Below, one piece after another: positions 9,732 through 17,687 of a DNA stretch of 64,000 nucleotides. The notes under the pieces were generated by a model. The model saw nothing but the letters and a program-made list of their open reading frames with translations. It was not told where the DNA came from and ran no database searches. The first letter of the stretch is position 1. Every line of letters starts with the position of its first letter. A program made the position numbers and the translations under genes. Source of the DNA: Desulfobacterales bacterium. Lineage in GTDB: Bacteria; Desulfobacterota; Desulfobacteria; Desulfobacterales; JAHEIW01. The DNA lies in NCBI GenBank assembly GCA_050116835.1, contig JASFNW010000004.1, positions 7,024 to 71,023 of the forward strand. The letters run 5' to 3'.

Positions 9732-10577
9732 TTATACTCGCGGCTGAGTTTGCCGCAAGTAGAGATACAGAATTATTCCGCCTGCAATCATCAGCGCACA
9801 AAGCATCTGCCCCATAGAAAAGGATAAAAAGATAAAGCCGATATGGGCGTCGGGTTGGCGAAAGAATTCGATGAAAAACCGCACGGTGCCATAACCGATT
9901 ACATAAAAGGCCAGCATCGCGCCTCTGGGTTTTTTTATACGACGAATGGACCACAGAACGACAAAAAGAAAAATGCCTTCAAAAAAGGCTTCATACAGCT
10001 GGGATGGATGCCGCAGCGCCGTGTCGGGCGCCTGGGGAAAATACATGCCGATGGGTGCAGTCGTCACTCGCCCGAATAACTCCCCGTTCATAAAGTTTCC
10101 CAGCCGGCCGAAGGTATATCCAAGGGGCACCACGGTAAAATATAAATCCATCGCATCCCAGAATTCCAGTTTGTTTTTACGGAGATACCAGGTGACAGCC
10201 AGCAACGCCCCGATTAGCCCCCCGTGGTAGGACATACCGGAGATGCCGGTGAACGTAAAGCCGTTTGAGAACGAAAATGGCAAAAAGATCTCGAGCGGAT
10301 GGCGCAGATAATAGGCCAAATTGTAAAAGAACACATAGCCCAAGCGGGCGCCGATGATCAGTCCCAGAATGGCGTAAGTGGTGATATCATTAACCTGATC
10401 TTTGGTGAATGCGAAACGTTCTTCATGCTTGATGCGGTACAGCACCAGGAAATAGCTCAGGGCAAAGGCTGCAATGTATGATAATCCATAATACTGGACT
10501 TTGAGCCAGCCGATTTGAAATATGACCGGGCTTATGTTTTGCGGCAGGTGCTGCCACCAATCCCAGAATTCACTCAT
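9732..10577 (-). CDS. lgt: Prolipoprotein diacylglyceryl transferase
   Basis: 281-aa polytopic protein with Lgt hallmarks (YGLSYIAAF, GRLGNFMNGELFGR, HPSQLYE). Confidence 0.9.
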   Translation of the reverse strand: MSEFWDWWQHLPQNISPVIFQIGWLKVQYYGLSYIAAFALSYFLVLYRIKHEERFAFTKDQVNDITTYAILGLIIGARLGYVFFYNLAYYLRHPLEIFLPFSFSNGFTFTGISGMSYHGGLIGALLAVTWYLRKNKLEFWDAMDLYFTVVPLGYTFGRLGNFMNGELFGRVTTAPIGMYFPQAPDTALRHPSQLYEAFFEGIFLFVVLWSIRRIKKPRGAMLAFYVIGYGTVRFFIEFFRQPDAHIGFIFLSFSMGQMLCALMIAGGIILYLYLRQTQPRV

Positions 10578-10841
10578 CTATACGGGTCTGAAGCTCCTTT
10601 CCACGAGATTGGCCCATAATATGGTAATTATTTTTTAATGTCAAAGTGTCACCTGGCAACGGCATTTTGAAGGAATGAACTCAATTTTTAGTTGAAATAA
10701 ATCAGGGCTGTGAAATACTAGTAGAACGTGTACCCTGGAGACAGTATTTTTGACTGGGTTTAACGGTCGTTCTCTTTTTGCGTGACCTGCCAAAGTTTTT
10801 CGATGGCTTACAACAATGGAAAAAGGTTAAAATAAAACCCG

Positions 10842-11864
10842 ATGACTTTATCGGACACTTCCCCATCAATTTTTGACCTCACCGTCAGCCGCCACGGGCC
10901 GGACGTTTTGCGTATCAGCTGGAAAACCAAACATAAGAACCGGCCGGTATCGGTCTATCATGGGACGACACCGGAGACCATCGATCACAGGATCAATTTG
11001 GAACAAAGCAAGGACCAGAATGAGGTCACCCTATCGAAACTGAGCCCGTATGTGGCACACTATTTTAAAGTTGTTCCAGAAGAGGGTAAGGCGATCATCG
11101 TCGGTGAGCGGCGCCTTCCTCTGCAAAATACGGTGAACACGCGCGATCTGGGCGGATACGAAACCGCAGAAGGCCACCGGGTGAAGTGGGGAAAAGTCTT
11201 TCGTTCGGATCACTTGGCCCGGCTGTCGAATGACGATATTGCTTTTCTGCAACATATGAAGATTCAAAGTGTGTGTGATTTTCGCACCTCAGTTGAAGCC
11301 CGAAAAAGGCCGGATCGATTTCCAGCCCATGGTTACGGCACCTATGTTCATCTGCCGATCAACCATCTTAAGTTTGAGCCCAGCCGTTTATTTGAAAAAC
11401 TTAAAAATGGGGATGCGAGCTGGTTGACGCCCTCATTTTTGATCGAAGGCTATCGCTTAAATCTGGATCAATTTGCCACCGCCTGGGGGGAAGTTTTCAG
11501 GCGGTTGGCAGATCCCAAAAGCCTGCCGCTGCTGTTTCATTGCACCGGCGGCAAGGACCGGGCCGGCACCTTTGCAGCCCTGCTTTTGCTTGCGCTGGGG
11601 GTACCAGAAGAGACGGTTATCTATGATTACGGGCTGTCCAATATTTATATCGCTGATGTCGTCAATCAGATATACGCGCAATTTAATATTGATGCCGAAT
11701 ACCGGGATAGAATTGCGCCTTATTTTTCAGCACCGCGATACTGCATTGAAGCCCTGCTTTCCCATCTGCATGATCAATATGGCTCACCCATCGAATACCT
11801 CACATCCCGGGCGGGGGTAACTGAAGAGATGCTGGAAGCCATCAAAAATCAGCTGCTTGAGTAA
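10842..11864 (+). CDS. Protein-tyrosine phosphatase family protein (Y_phosphatase3-like) with N-terminal FN3-like region
   Basis: CX5R active-site loop HCTGGKDRAG. NTRDLGG and FRSDHL motifs are typical of this family. Confidence 0.75.
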   Translation: MTLSDTSPSIFDLTVSRHGPDVLRISWKTKHKNRPVSVYHGTTPETIDHRINLEQSKDQNEVTLSKLSPYVAHYFKVVPEEGKAIIVGERRLPLQNTVNTRDLGGYETAEGHRVKWGKVFRSDHLARLSNDDIAFLQHMKIQSVCDFRTSVEARKRPDRFPAHGYGTYVHLPINHLKFEPSRLFEKLKNGDASWLTPSFLIEGYRLNLDQFATAWGEVFRRLADPKSLPLLFHCTGGKDRAGTFAALLLLALGVPEETVIYDYGLSNIYIADVVNQIYAQFNIDAEYRDRIAPYFSAPRYCIEALLSHLHDQYGSPIEYLTSRAGVTEEMLEAIKNQLLE

Positions 11865-12011
11865 AATTTTCAGATTACAGCCTTTTACCTTCTATCCTCA
11901 GATTCAGCCGTTTGGTCAATTCGTAAAATTGTCAGTAGCTAAATAGTCAAAGAGGCCGATTCGTCCTAACCTGTTTAACGAATTGACGATTCAACATTTC
12001 ATTTTCTTAAA

Positions 12012-12040
12012 TTGACATTGATACAAAAAACCTTTAATAT
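12012..12040 (+). promoter_or_regulatory. Candidate sigma-70 promoter
   Basis: TTGACA (12012-12017), a 17-nt spacer, then TAATAT (12035-12040). It lies about 90 nt upstream of the response-regulator ATG. Confidence 0.4.
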
Positions 12041-12129
12041 CGATTTTACTATGAAAAACAGATGATTGTCATATCCGTGCGGTATTTATATAACGGCCCA
12101 ATCCAATTAAAAAAGAATGAGCAGACACA

Positions 12130-12519
12130 ATGAAAAAGAGAATATTGGTCGTTGATGATGAAGATTTTCAAAGAGATCTGTTGAACAAACTACTGACTAA
12201 GGCAGGTTATTCAGTGGCTGAAGCTGAGTCACCGGAAGTCGCGCTTGCGCTCATGCGAAAAGAGGATTTTCCGGTGATCATAACGGATCTGATAATGCTC
12301 GATATGGACGGTGTTGAGTTTTGCCAGCGCATCAGGGAGCGAAACTCACAATCGGTTATCATTGCCTTAACCGGATATGCGGATTTATACGACTTGAATA
12401 AATTAAAGCAAGTCGGCTTTGACAATTATCTGACCAAGCCCATCAAACTCGATAAAATACAACCGGTTGTCGAGGCGGGGTTTGAAAAAATAAAGCAAAG
12501 AAAGAAATCGGGTCGCTAA
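12130..12519 (+). CDS. Stand-alone response-regulator receiver protein (CheY-like)
   Basis: 129 aa. Acidic pocket VVDDED, phospho-acceptor context ITDLIMLDMDG, and conserved T (LTGY) and K (LTKP). Confidence 0.9.
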   Translation: MKKRILVVDDEDFQRDLLNKLLTKAGYSVAEAESPEVALALMRKEDFPVIITDLIMLDMDGVEFCQRIRERNSQSVIIALTGYADLYDLNKLKQVGFDNYLTKPIKLDKIQPVVEAGFEKIKQRKKSGR

Positions 12520-12647
12520 GCGGCAAACGGTTTTCCCTGAATATGCGCGAGCCTTTCAGAGGAAGATAAGTCGGAAACGTCTATCTGACAAACAGCGAGA
12601 GGCAGTTCAGGGTGATGCTGGACTGCGCAGCTTTCTGCACTCAAAAG

Positions 12648-13757
12648 TTATTCTACCTTTTTGTTATTGTTCACGCCCGATTCAGGGGCAAATGGTCCAC
12701 CGATAACCTTATCCCTTCCTGAATTTTTCGCCTGGTAAAGATACTGATCTGACATCTCGACAAGGTTTTCCACCAAAAAATCCTCAAGGTTTGCGCCCTT
12801 GTCAATGCCGGTGACGCCGAAGCTGGCGGTAATAGAAATCTTCTCTCCCTCCCAGTTAAATTTCTTTTTTGAAATTTGCTTGCGAAGCCTTTCGGCCAGG
12901 CGGCTGGCATTCTTGTAATGAGTTTCGGGCAAAACAAGTAAAAACTCTTCTCCGCCATATCGTGCCAGCCAGTCCATGTCGGATCGGATCAGAGACAGGA
13001 TGCGCTGCACAAATTCCGTTAGGACCATATCGCCGCATAGATGACCGAAGGTGTCGTTTACCTGTTTGAAGTGATCGATGTCACATAGAGCTATCGACAG
13101 CGGGTGGTGATACCGTGAAGCCCTTTTAATTTCGTGCTGCAGGTGTTCGTTGAGGTAGCCGCGATTATAGCACCCGGTCAGAGAATCTTTTCTGGATAAC
13201 AGCCTGATTTCGCCATTGGCCTTTTCGAGCGATTTGTGCTTTCTTTTCAAACGTTCATACAGCAACGTGTTTTCCAGCACCAGTGAATATTGTTTGGCCA
13301 GCATGGTCAGAAGCTTCATGTTTTCCTGGGTTATGGAGCTTTCTTTGATGGGTGTCTTCAGCATGACGACACCCAGCGTTCTTTTAATGGTTGAAAGCGG
13401 CAACATAACAATTGACTTACCGTCTTCAAATGCCAGAGGAGGGATGAGCGCCGGTTGTCTGCGGTTGATAATCCAGGGAAATATGCCGCATTCAACTTGA
13501 TAATCGACTTCTTTTTTGCAGACTTTCTTTCTGTCATCAGGATAAACATATTCTAAAATAAATTCGTGGGAATCGTCATCAACGACAAAAAAGGCACAGA
13601 CCTCAATCTCGATTAAGCTGCGCACATCATCCAGAAATACCTCCCATATCTGTCCGATGGTGGCCGGGAAATCGATGCGGTCCTGAAATTGCCCCATGTG
13701 CTCTATTTTATCAATAAGCTCCAACAGGGCTGTTCTTTGTTCCGACATGGTCATCAT
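12648..13757 (-). CDS. GAF-domain diguanylate cyclase (GGDEF)
   Basis: N-terminal GAF-like region. C-terminal GGDEF domain with DIDHFKQVNDTFGH and RYGGEEF. Confidence 0.85.
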   Translation of the reverse strand: MMTMSEQRTALLELIDKIEHMGQFQDRIDFPATIGQIWEVFLDDVRSLIEIEVCAFFVVDDDSHEFILEYVYPDDRKKVCKKEVDYQVECGIFPWIINRRQPALIPPLAFEDGKSIVMLPLSTIKRTLGVVMLKTPIKESSITQENMKLLTMLAKQYSLVLENTLLYERLKRKHKSLEKANGEIRLLSRKDSLTGCYNRGYLNEHLQHEIKRASRYHHPLSIALCDIDHFKQVNDTFGHLCGDMVLTEFVQRILSLIRSDMDWLARYGGEEFLLVLPETHYKNASRLAERLRKQISKKKFNWEGEKISITASFGVTGIDKGANLEDFLVENLVEMSDQYLYQAKNSGRDKVIGGPFAPESGVNNNKKVE

Positions 13758-14030
13758 CTCCTAAGCTTGCAATATCTTATCAAAAATAATTTTTAGCGCA
13801 AGCCTTTCAAATCATATCGAAGATCGACACCATCGAATGGTCGGCCTGATTTTACGCTGGATTTTTTTAACGGTTCATTGTAGCGTTCACATTTAATTTC
13901 GATTCTACTGCTTCAGGCCGGCTGACCGCCGAACAGAGAAGGAATCAAAGTGAATCCGGATTAACGGCTTATCGTCTTCGTTGGCACCCGGTTTTAGTTA
14001 AACAGTGAATATCTGGCTGTAAATTGAAAA

Positions 14031-14759
14031 ATGAGCAACAACCAGAAGGTTACTTTATTTATTCAGTGTTTGGTTGACACGCATTACCCCGAAGTGGCTG
14101 AAGCCATGGTGCGCGTGCTGCAAGGGCTGGGGGTTTCCCTGAGCTGCCCTGTGGACCAAACCTGCTGCGGTCAGCCGGCTTTTAATTCCGGGTACCGCCG
14201 CGAGGCCCGGGTTGCCGCGCGCCATTTCATTGAGGTGTTTGAAGCGTCAGAAACAATTGTCTGTCCGTCGGGATCCTGTGTAAACATGGTGCGGCATCAT
14301 TACAAAGAGCTGTTTCAAAACGAGCCCCACTGGTTGCCGCGCGCCTTGAATCTTGCGAAGCGTACTTTTGAGTTTAGTGAGTACCTGGTGGACGTGCTCG
14401 GGGTTGACGATCTGGGGGCGCGCTTTGAAGGGCGGGTCACCTACCATGATTCCTGTCATTTGCTGCGCGGTATCGGTGTCAGACAACAACCGCGCGCACT
14501 TTTGCAGCATGTCGCCGGTATCGATTTTATTGAAATGCGGGACGCGGATTATTGTTGCGGATTCGGCGGCACCTTTTCCGTTAAATATCCCGATATTTCA
14601 GACGCCATGGTCACGGACAAGGCTCAAAATATTTTGGACACCAAGGCCGATGCGGTGGTGGGCTGTGATATGGGCTGCCTGATGAACATCCAGGGTAAAC
14701 TCAGCCGCCTGGGCAGCCCTATAAAGGTGCTGCATTTGGCGCAAGTCCTTGCAAGCTAA
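14031..14759 (+). CDS. lutA: Lactate utilization protein A, (Fe-S)-binding CCG-domain oxidoreductase
   Basis: 242 aa. Two CCG-type Cys motifs (CCGQPAFNSG, CCGFGGTF). YkgE/LutA-like and followed by lutB and lutC. Confidence 0.85.
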   Translation: MSNNQKVTLFIQCLVDTHYPEVAEAMVRVLQGLGVSLSCPVDQTCCGQPAFNSGYRREARVAARHFIEVFEASETIVCPSGSCVNMVRHHYKELFQNEPHWLPRALNLAKRTFEFSEYLVDVLGVDDLGARFEGRVTYHDSCHLLRGIGVRQQPRALLQHVAGIDFIEMRDADYCCGFGGTFSVKYPDISDAMVTDKAQNILDTKADAVVGCDMGCLMNIQGKLSRLGSPIKVLHLAQVLAS

Positions 14760-14772
14760 AATGATATAAGTA

Positions 14773-14934
14773 ACCGCAGACGCGCGCAGACGTTCGCAGA
14801 TATTTTGTAACGATCAACATTAGAGATACGGCATTAAAAGACGGATAGGTTTTTAGCCCAAAGGGCTTGAGAAATTTCCTCCCGACAGGTCCTCGGGAGG
14901 AAATGGTCCGCGTAAGTCTGCGGTCGTCTGCGGT
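14773..14934. repeat. Nested palindromic element inside the lutA-lutB spacer
   Basis: Terminal arms accgcagacgcgcgcagac / gtctgcggtcgtctgcggt. Internal hairpins agccc-aaa-gggct (14855-14867) and tttcctcccga..tcgggaggaaa (14875-14903). Confidence 0.75.
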
Positions 14935-14950
14935 CAAATAAAGAAAAACA

Positions 14951-16378
14951 ATGACCAAAATAGCGACTGAAAACTATGTGGCTGAGGCCAGAAAGGCGCT
15001 TAAAAATTCGACTCTGCAAAGGGCGCTGGCGGATTTGCAGAACCGTTTTGGCCGGGGTACGGCTGAATGCTACCGGCGGTTGCCGGAGGGGCCCGACCTG
15101 CGCTTAAAAGCCCATGAGATCCGGATGAAAACCATTGAAAACCTGGACGTTGTTCTGGAAACCCTGGTGGCCAACATCCGCGAGAATGGTGGTCATGTAT
15201 ATTTTGCCAAAGACAGTCAGGCGGCTGTAAATTATTGCCTCGAGGTCGCCCGGCGGCATGGCGTTCGACGGGTGGTTAAAGGCAAATCTATGGTGAGCGA
15301 GGAAATCGGCCTAAATGATGCCCTTATCGATGCCGGCATCGAGGTCTCCGAGACAGACCTGGGCGAATACATCATCCAACTGGCCGGCGAGACCCCTTCG
15401 CACATCATTGCACCGGCCATTCACAAAACCCGCCATGACGTCGGCAGCCTCTTTGCCGATCATCTCGACATCCCTTACGAGGAAGATCCGCCAAAATTGA
15501 CCTGGATTGCCAGAAAGGCCTTGCGACGAAAATTTCTGGCGGCCGATATGGGCACTTCCGGCTGTAACATTGCCTGTGCGGAAACCGGACACATCACAAC
15601 TGTCTCAAACGAGGGCAATATCCGCATGTCAACAACCCTGCCGAAAGTCCACATGGCTTTCATGGGCATGGAGCGGGTTGCCGCCCGCCTCGAGGATCAT
15701 GATATTCTATTAAGGCTGCTGTGCAGGGGAGCTGCGGCACAGAATATGGCCACCTACGTCAGCTATATCGGCGGGCCCCGCCGGACGGACCAGGCCGACG
15801 GCCCGCAGGAATTCCACCTGGTTATTCTGGATAATGGGCGCAGCCGGATTCTGGCCGATCCCGAATTTCGTGAGATGCTATGCTGCATCCGGTGTGCAGC
15901 CTGCCTGAATGTGTGTCCGGTTTACGCTAAAATCGGCGGGCATTCATACGGCTACGCTTACACCGGGCCGGTGGGAGCGGTGGTTACACCGCTGCTGGTG
16001 GGCATCAATCGCGCCAAGGACCTGTGTCTGGGGGAGACCCTTTGCGGCGCCTGCCAGGAGGCCTGTGCGGTCAACATTGATCTGCCGCGCATGTTGCTGG
16101 CGTTACGGGCAAAGCTGGCCGAAGGCGATCCGGCCTGGGGCGTAAGGCCGGCCGATCGGCGGCAAAATCTGATGTGGCAAATCTGGTCTTGGATCATCCG
16201 CAAGCGTGCGGTTTACGAAGGCGTCCTGCGCCTAGCAGCTCTGGGGGAGAAGCTGATGCCGCAGCGGAACGGCATGATCCGCCGACTGCCGGCGCCGGTC
16301 AATGGCTGGACGCAGGGGCGCGATTTAAGGCCACTGGCCAAGGAAAGTTTTATACGCCGCTGGAAAAAAGGCCTTTAG
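14951..16378 (+). CDS. lutB: Lactate utilization protein B, 4Fe-4S ferredoxin-type protein
   Basis: 475 aa. CIRCAACLNVCP and CGACQEAC cluster motifs. YkgF/LutB-like length and context. Confidence 0.85.
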   Translation: MTKIATENYVAEARKALKNSTLQRALADLQNRFGRGTAECYRRLPEGPDLRLKAHEIRMKTIENLDVVLETLVANIRENGGHVYFAKDSQAAVNYCLEVARRHGVRRVVKGKSMVSEEIGLNDALIDAGIEVSETDLGEYIIQLAGETPSHIIAPAIHKTRHDVGSLFADHLDIPYEEDPPKLTWIARKALRRKFLAADMGTSGCNIACAETGHITTVSNEGNIRMSTTLPKVHMAFMGMERVAARLEDHDILLRLLCRGAAAQNMATYVSYIGGPRRTDQADGPQEFHLVILDNGRSRILADPEFREMLCCIRCAACLNVCPVYAKIGGHSYGYAYTGPVGAVVTPLLVGINRAKDLCLGETLCGACQEACAVNIDLPRMLLALRAKLAEGDPAWGVRPADRRQNLMWQIWSWIIRKRAVYEGVLRLAALGEKLMPQRNGMIRRLPAPVNGWTQGRDLRPLAKESFIRRWKKGL

Positions 16379-16439
16379 AATGGTGCTCGGGGAAGTGAGC
16401 GGCCATGGATAGTGGGCATATCATTTGTCGAAAGGCGGC

Positions 16440-17207
16440 ATGCATACAATGAGAGATTCAGGACAAGAGCAGTTTATAAACACCATCAAAAAGGCTTTAG
16501 GAAAACCGCAGGCCGAATCGAGAGCCGAGGCCGATTTGTTCGGCGAAGACATATCCGCTCAAAGCCGGGCTCTAGTGGAAGGCATCCAAAATCGTTCCAT
16601 TGCCGACAGAAAAAAGCTGCTTGACACGCTGATTGAAGCCGCTGCGCCCATCAACCTGAAGGTCATTCCCTGTGATGATACTAGCACGGTAACGACTGCC
16701 ATTACGGCATTAGTGCGGAAAAAAGATCCCGAGTGGGGAGATCAAAAAAGTGTGGTGGCCTGGGCTCACCCGCTGGTCGAACGCCTGCATCTGCCGGCGG
16801 CTCTGGCAGAGCAGAATGTGCCGCTTTTTGTCACCGATCTGGAGACAACCGCCAACAAAGACATCCGGCAGCAGGTGATTGATGCTTACATAGGGGTTAC
16901 CTCGGCCGATTTTTGCATGGCCGACACCGCCACTTTGGTGATGCGGACACATCCCGGGCAGGCGCGCACCGTATCACTGGTGCCGGCCATTCATATGGCC
17001 GTTATCCATCTCAACCAGATTATTGCCGATTTAAAAGAGCTTTACGCTCTGCTTAAATGGGACCCGCATGAGAGCCAGCAAGGCCTGACCAATTGCCTGA
17101 CCTTTATTTCGGGTCCCAGCAAAACCGCTGATATCGAAGCCACCATGGTCCATGGCGCCCATGGCCCCCGGGAAGTCCACCTTTTTGTGATTACCGCCCA
17201 GGATTGA
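16440..17207 (+). CDS. lutC: Lactate utilization protein C (LUD domain)
   Basis: YkgG/LutC-like protein directly after lutB. Start set at the first ATG (Met6 of the track ORF); 16449 is also possible. Confidence 0.7.
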   Translation: MHTMRDSGQEQFINTIKKALGKPQAESRAEADLFGEDISAQSRALVEGIQNRSIADRKKLLDTLIEAAAPINLKVIPCDDTSTVTTAITALVRKKDPEWGDQKSVVAWAHPLVERLHLPAALAEQNVPLFVTDLETTANKDIRQQVIDAYIGVTSADFCMADTATLVMRTHPGQARTVSLVPAIHMAVIHLNQIIADLKELYALLKWDPHESQQGLTNCLTFISGPSKTADIEATMVHGAHGPREVHLFVITAQD

Positions 17208-17233
17208 TTTTAAGATCCGTTCCATTACCCCCC

Positions 17234-17264
17234 AAAAAAAAGCCCGGTTCGTTTCGAAGCGGGC
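17234..17264 (-). terminator. Rho-independent terminator-like hairpin oriented on the minus strand
   Basis: On the minus strand the stem gcccg.cttcg / cgaa.cgggc is followed by U8 (plus-strand A8 at 17234-17241). On the plus strand there is no U-tract after the hairpin. Confidence 0.45.
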
Positions 17265-17344
17265 CTTGATGTTGCGCAACCGATTTTTGCAGCAATTATA
17301 CCGCTTGTCATTAAAATGTTCCGAAAAAAGGTACCGGCATAAGT

Positions 17345-17390
17345 GTTGTCGCAAAAAAACGTTCTGCAATCGGAACGTTTTTTTGACAAC
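17345..17390. repeat. Near-perfect 18-20-nt-arm palindrome containing A7/T7 runs
   Basis: gttgtcgcaaaaaaacgttc - tgcaatcg - gaacgtttttttgacaac. Possible bidirectional terminator or operator. Confidence 0.5.
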
Positions 17391-17687
17391 GACTATAAAA
17401 TTGGATTCGCCCGGTGCGGCCTCCTGACCAGTCTGAAATCGATCTCGAAACGCATAATTGACACCTCTTTGCTCCGTACCTACCTTTCTTGCATACCTAC
17501 CAAGAATCTGTGTTCAATTAAATTTCATCAGCTGTCATGGACGAGGAGAAATCATTTGACGAACGTGAAATGAATTTCCTATTAGATGATATGACGGGTT
17601 CAAACGATAGCAAAACGAACCTGAAAGCAATTGAGTCGGAAAGATAATTCATAATTAACCGGTGGGTTTCTTCGTCTATAAAACCAT

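Noticed and set aside
13982-13997. Perfect TGGCAC hexamer upstream of lutA, suggesting a sigma-54 promoter
   Set aside because: The -12 position reads TTTA instead of TTGC. The invariant GC is missing at the required spacing.
14719-15019. 79-aa and 61-aa minus-strand ORFs in the lutA-lutB spacer
   Set aside because: They are translations of the palindromic element at 14773-14934 and of the antisense 5' end of lutB.
17537-17647. 36-codon acidic ORF (MDEEKSFDEREMNFLLDDMTGSNDSKTNLKAIESER) upstream of the sensor gene
   Set aside because: There is no Shine-Dalgarno sequence upstream and nothing to compare it against, so it is probably a chance ORF.
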